Source of the DNA: Candidatus Latescibacterota bacterium
Lineage (GTDB): Bacteria > Latescibacterota > UBA2968 > UBA8231
DNA: 64,000 nucleotides
Direction of reading: 5' to 3'
NCBI GenBank assembly: GCA_965206595.1
Contig: OZ242214.1
Span: 928,001-992,000, forward strand
Shown: one piece after another, positions 1-9,272 of the stretch
How the letters are laid out: the number at the start of each line of letters is the position of its first letter
Position numbering within the stretch: position 1 is the first letter of the stretch
Translations under genes and position numbers: made by a program
Notes under the pieces: generated by a model
The model's input: only the letters and a program-made list of their open reading frames with translations
Databases searched by the model: none
What the model was told of the DNA's origin: nothing

Positions 1-966
1 TTCCACCTCGAGTGGCTCGCTCACCTCCGGTGTCACCAGGTAAGGCGCGAGGGTGCGCAGTTCCGCGGTCAGGTCCGCCCACTGCGCCCAGTAGCCAGGC
101 GACGATTCGTTCACCCACCACTCCTCGTCGCCGGTCCCGTAGTGGAAGCTGAAGTAGGCGACGCCGCTGATGCCGTGCGCGACGGCCATGTAGGTCATGC
201 AGCGGACCTCCGTCATGGTCGGGGGCCGATCCCCTTCTCCCCCCTGAATCGGTGCCATCTGCACGTACATCCATCCGAGCTTGCCTTCTGTACCAGCACC
301 GGCACCCTTGACGACGGCGTCGGAGAATTGTGCCATGTGGGTCAGCGGAAACAGTGGAACGGGATAGACGTCGTCGGAGTGGATGTCGGCCACATGCCGG
401 TATTCGCGGTGGTCCTTCTCATATCCGTAGGCCAGGTTGAGCCACACCGGATGGTCGGGATCCAGCCTCCTGATCAACTCGTATGCCGGCAGAAGCTCTT
501 CCGGCGGCATCGTGTAAGGCAGATCGAGATGCGGCTTGCCTTCGTCACCCGGTCCGGGGTTGCGGATATTCGGCTCGTCTTCCAGATCCCAAACCAGCAG
601 GCCCGGAGCATCGCGACATGCCAGCACGATCTGTTCGACCTGCTCGAGGTTGCGGCAGATGCCGTTGCCCAGATGAACCGCCGCGTACATGCCGTTGGCG
701 AAGGCGTCGTCGACGTCGGCGCGAAAGCTTTCGGGGTCGGCTCGGAGCCCGTGGGTGTTGACCATGTTGAAGCCTTGTTCTCCCGCCTCGGGCAGAGAGA
801 AATGCCAGTGCGCCGCCCAGGCGATGCTGATCGGGAAGAAAGGCAACCCGTTCACGTAGAGGCCCTCGTCCCGGATTTCGACCCGCTCGACCGGTGGGGG
901 TGGTTTTCCCCACGCGGAAACGCTCAATACCACGACAAGCCCCGCCCGCATGAGCACCATATCCAT
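1..966 (-). CDS. Secreted glycoside-hydrolase-like (TIM-barrel) protein, 3'-partial (runs off window start)
   Basis: Not in the ORF track. Manual translation from ATG 966 (RBS GGAGG upstream) gives MDMVLMRAGLVVVLSVSAWGKPPPPVERVEIRDEGLYVNGLPFFPI...LLVWDLEDEPN...AIAHGISGVAYFSF. Signal peptide plus 'W-x-L-x-D-E-P' motif typical of clan GH-A-like enzymes. Confidence 0.65.
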   Translation of the reverse strand, partial: MDMVLMRAGLVVVLSVSAWGKPPPPVERVEIRDEGLYVNGLPFFPISIAWAAHWHFSLPEAGEQGFNMVNTHGLRADPESFRADVDDAFANGMYAAVHLGNGICRNLEQVEQIVLACRDAPGLLVWDLEDEPNIRNPGPGDEGKPHLDLPYTMPPEELLPAYELIRRLDPDHPVWLNLAYGYEKDHREYRHVADIHSDDVYPVPLFPLTHMAQFSDAVVKGAGAGTEGKLGWMYVQMAPIQGGEGDRPPTMTEVRCMTYMAVAHGISGVAYFSFHYGTGDEEWWVNESSPGYWAQWADLTAELRTLAPYLVTPEVSEPLEVE

Positions 967-1153
967 GACCTCCTGCTCCAGGATTGCGAGAACTGCTGAT
1001 TGGCCATACTGACGTGTCCGATACTCACCCGATAGACGAAATCGTTGGCGGCGTCCCCTTTCCCCGAACCGGCCTGCTTGGGGCAGAGCCAAGTTTCATG
1101 CCGCGACACCGACATGCCTCGGCAGTCCGGGACGCAGGCTCGCCGGTACCCGC

Positions 1154-2800
1154 TCACGCCTTCGGTACCACGAAGACTTCCACTTCCTCGATGACGATGT
1201 CTCCATCTGCCTCCGGGTCGGCGGCGACCAGCTCGACCAGCAGCTCGTTCCAGCCCCAGACCGCCGGGGGAGCGCTAAGCGCCATCCAGCAGGTCGCAAA
1301 CGGAGGATCGGGGGCGGGCTGAAAGCTCTCGGCCACTTCCCGCGAATACCCCTGGCGCATTTGTGCTGAGACCATGTTTTGGTCGAGGGGCTCACGAAAA
1401 TCGACGCGCGCCTCGTTGTCGCGTATCCGCAGGTCGGCGGCGGGTATCGGGGTGCCGTTGACGGCCACCTTCAGGTGATCGCGGAGCGTCATGTGGGCGC
1501 AGCGGAAGAGCAGCATGGCGGCCTTGGCCTCGTGCAGATTTTCGCGAATGGAGAAGCGATAGACCCCCGCCGACGAAAGCGAAGTCCGGTGGAGAACGAC
1601 GCGCTGCGCCTTGACGGCACCCGTGGAGGTGCGGTCCCGCCCGAATCCCATGTACCCTCCCCAGGTGGCGTCGAATATGTAGTGCCGGCGAGCCTGGAGG
1701 ACCCGTTCGGGCTTCAGGTCGCAGGCATCGAACAGCGCAAAAGGGTAAAAGGGTGGGTGTGCGTCACCCCAGTCGTGGCCACCATGCATGTACTCGAAGT
1801 GGTTGTACAAAGAGACCCCGTCCGCCCCGGCTCCGTACATGTTCTGGGCGAGGGCGCGCCGGGTATCATGGGAAATAGGCTCCTGCTTGAGACGGCGGCG
1901 GGCCCCGACGCTGGTCCAGGGCATTATTCCGGGGTAGAGCATGCAGTCGAATGACCGGGTGAGCTCGGCGAACTCCTCGTAGGCGACGTTGAAATCGGCG
2001 TGCATGGTGTCCTGAGGCGAGATGTAGTCGACCGTCGCTCCGCGAATCCATTCCTCGACGTCGAGGCCCATGTTGCGGCATTCCTCCAGCGAGGAAAACA
2101 CGCGCGCCCCGAACACCCTCGGCTTGCCCGAGTGCCGGGAAGGTTCGTCGAGGGCGGCGCGGATCCGCCCCAGCATGCTGGTCATCAGATCGCGGCGGTC
2201 GTTCCCGGTGTCCGGTGGAAAGTAGCGGTGGTCGCGGTAGCAGAGCTCCACCCCGTCGACGGGGAAGCGCCGCGCCACTTCGGTCACCACCGAGACCATG
2301 AAGTCACGTACCTCGTCATGGGTAAAGTCCAGGGGCGTGCTCTCTCGATAATGTTCTCCCTCCGGCGGAGATTCCGCGATCAGGAACCGGGGGTTGTCGA
2401 CGATGAAGCCTGCCCCGGCCCCGACCCCCTGGGCCGTTGAGACGGCGCCGTGGTTGTCGTTGACGCGAAAACCGGCGAAGCACTCGATGCCGCGGCGGTG
2501 GCATTGATCGACGAGGATCTCGAAGGGCTGCACCCCGGAGTCGAGCAAGGGCAGGAATCGCCTGTGTTGTGGCCGCGCGTCGTACTCGAAAGCGTCTCCG
2601 CGCCAGTACACCGACCATCCCTGGGTATAAACCTCCTGGACGAACGTATCGATTTCGGCGGCCGCGACGGCGTCGATCCAACCTCTCAGATCCTCTTCGC
2701 GAACCGGATCCGGGAGGTACCGGGAGGCGACGCTGGAAGGGTCGCTGACGTACAGGATGCGGCGGCTGCCGCGCGGTTTCAAACCATCGGAACTCGTCAT
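1154..2800 (-). CDS. Family-10 glycosylhydrolase-like (GHL10-type) TIM-barrel protein
   Basis: 548 aa ORF with 'FRVNDNH', 'LDFTHDEVRD', 'DGVELCY', 'GLDVEEW' and 'GADGVSLYN' motifs; RBS GGAGG upstream. Confidence 0.6.
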   Translation of the reverse strand: MTSSDGLKPRGSRRILYVSDPSSVASRYLPDPVREEDLRGWIDAVAAAEIDTFVQEVYTQGWSVYWRGDAFEYDARPQHRRFLPLLDSGVQPFEILVDQCHRRGIECFAGFRVNDNHGAVSTAQGVGAGAGFIVDNPRFLIAESPPEGEHYRESTPLDFTHDEVRDFMVSVVTEVARRFPVDGVELCYRDHRYFPPDTGNDRRDLMTSMLGRIRAALDEPSRHSGKPRVFGARVFSSLEECRNMGLDVEEWIRGATVDYISPQDTMHADFNVAYEEFAELTRSFDCMLYPGIMPWTSVGARRRLKQEPISHDTRRALAQNMYGAGADGVSLYNHFEYMHGGHDWGDAHPPFYPFALFDACDLKPERVLQARRHYIFDATWGGYMGFGRDRTSTGAVKAQRVVLHRTSLSSAGVYRFSIRENLHEAKAAMLLFRCAHMTLRDHLKVAVNGTPIPAADLRIRDNEARVDFREPLDQNMVSAQMRQGYSREVAESFQPAPDPPFATCWMALSAPPAVWGWNELLVELVAADPEADGDIVIEEVEVFVVPKA

Positions 2801-2847
2801 TCTTCCAACCTCCTAAGGGACAAATGATCCTGCTTGCGAAAAAGCTG

Positions 2848-4755
2848 TCAAAACGTCATCACCGGGTTGAAGCTTCCGCCCACCAGGTAGTCAATCCCGT
2901 ACCAGACGCCCGCAGTGACGAACTGGCCTAGAATAAGCCCCATGAAGAAGGGGCGGCTGTGCAGGTAGAGTTGGATTCCACCGTATTTCATCACCACGGA
3001 CTTGATGGCCCAGGCCAGGAAGACGCTGAAGAACATGGTGCCGAAAACGGCGCTGGTGGGAAAGCCCAGCGGGTGGATGGGCCACCAGGAAAAGCGCTGG
3101 CGGCCCAGCATCAGCAGGCCCATGACGGTGGCGCCGATGGCGGTGTAGCCCCAGTTCTGCCAGTGAGGACCCTCGATGGTCTCGAGTCGGGCGGCGGCGA
3201 TCTGGAAGGGGAGTTGGGCCGACCCGAGGAAAAACACGTCCGCGTTGACGCCGCCGTAACGGTAGCTCAACTCGAGGATCGCCCAGACCGAGCTGCACAG
3301 GGTCACCACGATCGCCACCAGCATTGCCCAGAAGATCAGGCGCATGCCCTTGCGTATGGTTTCGGCGGCGAGTTTCAGGGCATTTGCAGAGGAGGCCATG
3401 ACGAAGGTCAGAATATCGCTCGCCCACACGTAGGTGAAGGCGAAAGCCATGATGCCGGAAGCACCCAGGACACGAGTGCCGAAGCCGGCGGTGACGAAGT
3501 CGGAGGCGATCATCGGGGCGAAAATGAAGGCCAGCCCCCCTTCGGCGACCACGCGGGTGATGCCGATGAAGAGAACGAAGGCGAACAAAAGGTAGATCGG
3601 CGTAACCCAGCCCGGCAGCCCCGACTGCCACAACCAGACGCCGACGAAGAGCAGGCTGCCGATCAGCAGGAGTACGGCTGCCCGGTAGGAGAGGATCTCC
3701 TCCGAGTCGTCGACTTCGCTTGCAGAAGAAAGGGCCTTGCCGAAAACCTGGCGCAGGTGGCCGCGGGCCGTCCACAGGCCGAACAGGACGAGCATGATGA
3801 CGGCGCCGAAGCCCTGGTGCACGACGATGCTGCCGGTGTAGGCGCTGTAGTTGCCCAGGAGCGGATCGAATTCCTGAACGCCGAGCACGTTGAGGACGCC
3901 CTGCTCGACGGTGTTGAGCAGGTAGAAGAAGCAGAGGCCGAACGCTATCTCCCTGTTGATGAAGTAGGAGAAGCCGAGCATCTGGAAACTCACGTTCAGG
4001 GGCACGTGCACCGAGTCGCGGAAAAGCCCAATCGAGCCGCCGTACAGGGTGGCGGACGGGATGCTGGGGATGTAGTGATTGAGGCCGTTGAGGCTCTGGA
4101 GGATGGCGGGGACGGCGAAGCCCGCCCACATCACCGGATTCTTGAAGAAGGGCCTGATGATGCCAGGTCTCTCGTCGTCGTCCTGAATCATGGCGATGGG
4201 CAACTGCACCAGGGGATAGACGAGCCGCTCGCGCTCGACCCACTGCCTGCGCAGGATGACGGTGATGCAGATCATGGCCAGGTACACGGCGATGATGAAG
4301 GACAGCCAGTAAAGCAGGGGAGGCAGCCACATCCCCCACGGTATGCCGCGTCCGAGGGGACCCCCTTCGTAAAAACCCTTGACATCCGCGAATTCGGTGG
4401 AGGGCATGATCCAGTCGGGAATGTGTGGCAAAAGCAGTTCACCCCAGTTGTTTTCTGGAGTAGCGTAGTAGATGACACCGGTGATGTCGGGGAGCAGGAA
4501 GGCAGTGAATCCCCACTCTGGAATGGCGGTGGCGACGATCCACATGATATAGACGAGGGCGAGTTCGGCCCGACTCAACATCCAGGAACGGCGCAGCAGG
4601 CCCAGGAAGGGGTTGAAGAACAGAACCAGGAAGAAAAAGAGGATGATGGCGGCGGGGGTGTTGAAGTAGGAGGCGATGCGGGAGCCGTGGAGCACCATGT
4701 TGCAATAGGGCACCGCGCTGCCGATGGCCGCCGCTCCCAGGGCGCCGAGGATCAA
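2848..4755 (-). CDS. Polytopic membrane protein, DUF6785/DUF6784-like (putative peptide/oligosaccharide transporter)
   Basis: 635 aa, many TM helices, motifs 'LRRQWVERERLVYPLVQLP', 'WWPIHPLG', 'KYGG...PFFMGLILG'. True start may lie slightly upstream. Confidence 0.7.
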   Translation of the reverse strand: MILGALGAAAIGSAVPYCNMVLHGSRIASYFNTPAAIILFFFLVLFFNPFLGLLRRSWMLSRAELALVYIMWIVATAIPEWGFTAFLLPDITGVIYYATPENNWGELLLPHIPDWIMPSTEFADVKGFYEGGPLGRGIPWGMWLPPLLYWLSFIIAVYLAMICITVILRRQWVERERLVYPLVQLPIAMIQDDDERPGIIRPFFKNPVMWAGFAVPAILQSLNGLNHYIPSIPSATLYGGSIGLFRDSVHVPLNVSFQMLGFSYFINREIAFGLCFFYLLNTVEQGVLNVLGVQEFDPLLGNYSAYTGSIVVHQGFGAVIMLVLFGLWTARGHLRQVFGKALSSASEVDDSEEILSYRAAVLLLIGSLLFVGVWLWQSGLPGWVTPIYLLFAFVLFIGITRVVAEGGLAFIFAPMIASDFVTAGFGTRVLGASGIMAFAFTYVWASDILTFVMASSANALKLAAETIRKGMRLIFWAMLVAIVVTLCSSVWAILELSYRYGGVNADVFFLGSAQLPFQIAAARLETIEGPHWQNWGYTAIGATVMGLLMLGRQRFSWWPIHPLGFPTSAVFGTMFFSVFLAWAIKSVVMKYGGIQLYLHSRPFFMGLILGQFVTAGVWYGIDYLVGGSFNPVMTF

Positions 4756-4973
4756 GGCGCGACAGGTAGGTTTGAGGGAGGGGGTTTTCGTGTTCAGGAC
4801 GGGCCTCGGGCAGGAAGGATGGCCGCGGAAGGGCGTGGAGGGTACCCGGATTGGTGGAAACTGTCAACGAATCCCCCCCTCGCCAGGGGGCGATTCTCAA
4901 AGAAGCTTCGATAATTGCCGTATCTCATTGTAGAATAACACATTACGAGTATATCCCGGTATGGAAATTGTTC

Positions 4974-5008
4974 TTGACACGCAAGCTTGGATTAACGTAT
5001 GGTATGAT
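4974..5008 (+). promoter_or_regulatory. Sigma70-type promoter for the 5101 gene/cluster
   Basis: TTGACA at 4974-4979, TATGGT 18 bp later and an overlapping extended -10 TGnTATGAT, in an AT-rich divergent intergenic region. Confidence 0.55.
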
Positions 5009-5100
5009 ATACATCCCCTGCAGACTGCAGGTGTACACAAGTGTAGTAAATCGCACACTCTCTTGTAGTAACACACTTTCTCCCAAGGAGGATTGGAACC

Positions 5101-5976
5101 ATGCGAAAGCTACTTTTTCTGCCGCTGGCGGTGGCCATAATGGCCATACCGGCGTCTGCACACCAAGGCTCCGGCCCGTTTCTGGCCGTTCAGTTTCCCG
5201 ACGATGGGTTGCCCACGATCGATGGGGACATAGGCGAGTGGCAAGCGCTTCCCGATTATTTCCAGGTTCTGATCGAGGATGGTAATGGGCCCCCAGCCGA
5301 CTGGAACACTGAAATCGACAAGGCGGACCTGGACTTTGGTTATTGGGGGGGCTACAACGCCAGCAACGATAAGTTGTACGCGGCCGCCTGGGCGTTCGAC
5401 GACATTCACGTGAGAGATGACCCCGACGGCACGGACTGCGCCTGTAATGACGACAGCTACGAGTTCTTCACGGACGCCGATCACAGTGTCGACACTGGCG
5501 GGGACTACGGTATCGGCTGGTGGAATATCACGTGGCCTCCAGTGAATGGTGTGTCCCATGCTGGCGGCGGAGGACCCGGGTTCAATCATGATCCGGAGTA
5601 CTTGAATTACGCCGTCACTTTCGAGGGCGAGGAGTTCGGCGAGAGCACTTATTACTACGAAGTGGAATTCGCTCCTTTTGACGTATTGACGAAGGATGCC
5701 GACGGAAACGACAACGGCTCTGTCCAGTCCACGCTCGATCCGGGCGAGACCATCCATTGGGAGATGATCATGACGGACGACGACGCCGAATTGAGCGACC
5801 GAGCCGAGCAGTACCCCAATGGCCGGTGGAAGAACGACGGCTGGTGGTCCCTCGGAGTAGGAGCTGCCCACAGCGATACAGCTCCTGACTGGGAGCTGGA
5901 CACCGATGTCACCAGCGCCATGGCCACGGCGGTGGAGAGCAAGACCTGGGGCCGCTTGAAGTCCCGGTTTCGCTAG
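5101..5976 (+). CDS. Secreted CBM9/DOMON-like sugar-binding protein with C-terminal 'TAVESKTWGRLK' tail
   Basis: RBS AAGGAGG; signal peptide (..PASA/H); 'PTIDGDIGEW', 'DDSYEFFTDADHS', 'YEVEF' pattern resembling CBM9-like beta-sandwiches. Confidence 0.7.
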   Translation: MRKLLFLPLAVAIMAIPASAHQGSGPFLAVQFPDDGLPTIDGDIGEWQALPDYFQVLIEDGNGPPADWNTEIDKADLDFGYWGGYNASNDKLYAAAWAFDDIHVRDDPDGTDCACNDDSYEFFTDADHSVDTGGDYGIGWWNITWPPVNGVSHAGGGGPGFNHDPEYLNYAVTFEGEEFGESTYYYEVEFAPFDVLTKDADGNDNGSVQSTLDPGETIHWEMIMTDDDAELSDRAEQYPNGRWKNDGWWSLGVGAAHSDTAPDWELDTDVTSAMATAVESKTWGRLKSRFR

Positions 5977-6032
5977 TCTTCGGATTGAGGCCGATCAATA
6001 CGATCAGGCGCAATCTTTTTTTGAGGATACTG

Positions 6033-6072
6033 AACGAGGGAGGGGTTGCATTACCTCCCTCGTTTTTCTTTT
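6033..6072 (+). terminator. Rho-independent terminator/attenuator after the 5101 gene
   Basis: Stem AACGAGGGAGG (6033-6043) / CCTCCCTCGTT (6054-6064) followed by TTTCTTTT. Confidence 0.7.
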
Positions 6073-6103
6073 CACGCCCTGACAGAGAGTCGGGAGACCT
6101 CAT

Positions 6104-9100
6104 ATGTACGGATCTCCCTCAATGACGAGGGCACCCCTCTGGGCCGCGATCCTGCTGCTCTGGTCGAATCCGGGTTTTTCCCAGGAACAGCCGGGTTACC
6201 GGATCGATATCCAGAAGCGGCAGATCACCGTCAACACGGACAAGCAGTGGGGCCAGTGGCTCCTGGGGGATCTGGAGCAACCGCTCGATTCGGTCAGCCA
6301 GGACGTCCTGGAAGTGCGGATGAAGAACGGCGGCCGGGATGCCCTGATCGTCCCCCGCGAGTTCCGCAGGCAGGTGGACGCGCTGACCGATGCGCCCGGC
6401 TTCAGCCACGTCATCGACGCCAAGGACAAGGCGCAGTTCATCTCCGTCTTCGAGGAAGGGGGACCGCGCGCGCCCGGCGGCATCAAGAACGCCGGCTCCA
6501 ACCTGGCGCTGGCAGACGGTGCCATCGACCGGGGTGACGACCGGTTAGAGACCTACTGGGAGCCGGACCTGGACGAGCCGTCGTTCAAGTGGTGGATCGA
6601 ATTCGACATGGGCCGGTTGGTTTCGGCCGAAAAGATCATCCTGCGCTTCGTCGACGAAGAGCTGGGGGATCCGTTCCTGCAGTTCCGGGTTCTGGTCTCT
6701 ACCGGATTGCTCAAGTTTGACAGCAGTGTGCGGCCCCTGGACTACCGCACCGTCGGCGGCACCACCCGGGGGATTCGGGATCAGCGGGAGTTCACGTTCG
6801 ACCTCGAACCGGACGTGAAGGCCGACCCTGATTTCACCGGAACGCCCTTGCAGTACGTCCGCATCGTGGTGACCGACAGCAACCTGGACCGGGCCGAGGA
6901 AGTAACCCGGGAAGTTTATGAGAATGACCTGTCGCCGGAGAGCCGGGGGAGAATCGAGTACTATCTCAAGAGCTTTGACGGCGACGTGGTTCTAACGACG
7001 AGGGAAGCGTACGAGACCATCGAGACAGAAGAGCCCGACCGCCTGGGTCCGGTGCGCTACTATCGCAGGGAACGTCCGCGCCTGGCGGACGTGGAAGTTA
7101 TCACCGCAGGCGACAATATAGCTCTCGGGATTTTTGAAAGGGGTGGCAAACTCACCTACCAGGGCACGTCGCCGGGTATCCTGGCCAATGCTTTCAACGG
7201 CAGCTTCCTGGACGAATGGCGTGCCAGACTGGTCATGCAACCTGGACAATCCGGGACAAGCGACGGTGGCGGGGGGCCGCTCATCATCGATCTGGGGGCC
7301 TTGTTCTGGGTGGACGCCTTCCGCATCCTGGGCGACCCGACAGAGGCCCAATACCCACTCTGGGGGTGGACGGTCCGGGTTTCAGACGGTTCCACCGCCT
7401 CGGACGGTACCCCGATCTGGAACATGGTCTCGCCGCCTGAACGGGAACGCAACGCGACCACGAACAGGTTCATCTATGCGGAGGACCGTTTCGAACCGCT
7501 TCGAACCCGTTTCATCGAATTCGTCCACCTCGACGGCTCCAACACGGCGACGCCCACGCATGTCGGCGTGCGCGCAATGCAGGTGTTCGGCGAGGGCCGT
7601 GTCGCCGGGGTGGTTCTCACCTCCCCCCTGATCGAGTTCAAGGACAGGAGTAACCGGCGCCAGGCGCACGCCCTGACCCGGGTGGAATGGGTCGGCGAGA
7701 CCCCGCCCGGGACCCGTATCGAAGTCCGCACCCAGACCGGCAACGAGGTCATTCCGAAATGGCGGTTCTTCCTCACCAATGGAACAGAGGTGACCCGCGA
7801 CAACTACTGGAACAGGAGGACGAAACCAAAAGACAGAGGCGATTCCCTCGCGACCTTTTCCCAGGGGGTGGATTGGAGCGCCTGGAGCAGGGCCTACGAG
7901 CATTCCGGGGACCGATTTATTTCGCCCTCGCCGCGTCGGTTCCTCAGACTGCAGGCTACGCTGGATTCAGACCGGCCGGATGCCGTCGCCACCCTGGACT
8001 CGATCATCGTCCACTTCACCGATCCCTTCGCCAGCCAGGTCCTGGCGGAGGTAACCCCCCAGATCGATGTCGCCAGTGGCGTGCCGGACACCTTCTCCGT
8101 CTTCGTGCGGCCGATCTTCCGAGCCGACGAGCCGGATACCAGCACCCGTTTCGACGAAATACGGGTGCTGGCTTCGCATCGAACGGAAATGGAATTGATA
8201 GAGGTGCGTGTAGGCGGACAGGACGCGCTCCTGGCAGGCGAAGAAGCCGAAGTTGAAGAATTCGGAGACGATGGCCAGGGTGGTTTCGTCAATTCAGCGG
8301 GAGATCGCCTCGAGATCCTCTCGACCCGTGCCGACACCTTGTGGATAAGGCTGCCGGGCTTCGTGGACTACGACGCCGGCAGCCCCCCGGTTTACTACCG
8401 CATCGCAGTGGCGCGGGATGAAGCCCCGCTCGACAAATCCGGTGGCGTGCTCACCGAGGCGGCTTGGAGCCGGTTGCCGACGGAGCCGCTCAACGAGCAG
8501 GGCCGCATCGACTATTTCGAGGTCACGGCGACCGATCCCGAGACGGGCGCCCAGACTCTGCGCCTGGTGAATGAGGGCGACTACAACGAACTTCCCTTTG
8601 AATCCCAGGGGCCGGTGCGCTACTATCGCGCACTTTTCGATGGCGAAGAGGTGGCAATTGGCAACGACGGAGAGTCCTTGACCCGGACCAGCTACAACCA
8701 GCTGTCCAGCAGCCAGAAAGGGCCGGTCTTGCGCGAAGGCGAGGTGGTGGAGCTGCGCTTCCGTTCCCGCATCTTCGTGAGCGGCACGACCTTCTCCGCC
8801 GAGGTGGCCAACTCGAAGGAAGCTGACACGAGGATCCCCGAACTCTGGCAGAAAGCGGACCCCGGCAACGCCATGGAGGAGATCGACGGTCAAGGGACGG
8901 CCGTCATTACCCCCATAGGCGACCAGCCGGCGCTGTCCGCTCTGGAGATCGGGCCGAATCCCTTCACTCCCAACGGCGACGGCATCAACGACCGGGTGAG
9001 GCTCCTGCTTTCGGTGTCGAATGTCGATGCGCCCCGCCGGATCGAAGCCCGGTTCTTCACCCTGGCCGGCGTCGAGGTCGCCGTGGTTTCGAGTATGGCA

Positions 9101-9256
9101 GCGGGCGGAGAACGGGTGCTGGAATGGCATGGTCGCAGCGGTCGCGACAACGCCGGGGAGCTCGTGGCGCCCGGGCTCTATCTGTGCCGCGTTCACGTGG
9201 ACAGCGACGCGGGCTCTGGAAACACGCTGGTCCGCCTCGTCAGCCTGGCATTTTGA
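6104..9256 (+). CDS. Large secreted multidomain protein with discoidin-like modules and C-terminal FlgD-Ig/'gliding-motility CTD'-like domain (paralog 1)
   Basis: Signal peptide; 'WWIEFDMG', 'IIDLGALF'; 'WSAWS..Y...ISPSPRRFL'; C-terminal 'GPNPFTPNGDGIND...WHGR...GELVAPGLYL'. Confidence 0.75.
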   Translation: MYGSPSMTRAPLWAAILLLWSNPGFSQEQPGYRIDIQKRQITVNTDKQWGQWLLGDLEQPLDSVSQDVLEVRMKNGGRDALIVPREFRRQVDALTDAPGFSHVIDAKDKAQFISVFEEGGPRAPGGIKNAGSNLALADGAIDRGDDRLETYWEPDLDEPSFKWWIEFDMGRLVSAEKIILRFVDEELGDPFLQFRVLVSTGLLKFDSSVRPLDYRTVGGTTRGIRDQREFTFDLEPDVKADPDFTGTPLQYVRIVVTDSNLDRAEEVTREVYENDLSPESRGRIEYYLKSFDGDVVLTTREAYETIETEEPDRLGPVRYYRRERPRLADVEVITAGDNIALGIFERGGKLTYQGTSPGILANAFNGSFLDEWRARLVMQPGQSGTSDGGGGPLIIDLGALFWVDAFRILGDPTEAQYPLWGWTVRVSDGSTASDGTPIWNMVSPPERERNATTNRFIYAEDRFEPLRTRFIEFVHLDGSNTATPTHVGVRAMQVFGEGRVAGVVLTSPLIEFKDRSNRRQAHALTRVEWVGETPPGTRIEVRTQTGNEVIPKWRFFLTNGTEVTRDNYWNRRTKPKDRGDSLATFSQGVDWSAWSRAYEHSGDRFISPSPRRFLRLQATLDSDRPDAVATLDSIIVHFTDPFASQVLAEVTPQIDVASGVPDTFSVFVRPIFRADEPDTSTRFDEIRVLASHRTEMELIEVRVGGQDALLAGEEAEVEEFGDDGQGGFVNSAGDRLEILSTRADTLWIRLPGFVDYDAGSPPVYYRIAVARDEAPLDKSGGVLTEAAWSRLPTEPLNEQGRIDYFEVTATDPETGAQTLRLVNEGDYNELPFESQGPVRYYRALFDGEEVAIGNDGESLTRTSYNQLSSSQKGPVLREGEVVELRFRSRIFVSGTTFSAEVANSKEADTRIPELWQKADPGNAMEEIDGQGTAVITPIGDQPALSALEIGPNPFTPNGDGINDRVRLLLSVSNVDAPRRIEARFFTLAGVEVAVVSSMAAGGERVLEWHGRSGRDNAGELVAPGLYLCRVHVDSDAGSGNTLVRLVSLAF

Positions 9257-9272
9257 GAAGGAATCCACCACC

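Noticed and set aside
142-999. 285-aa plus-strand ORF
   Set aside because: Antisense shadow of the real minus-strand gene 1-966, which has RBS, signal peptide and enzyme motifs.
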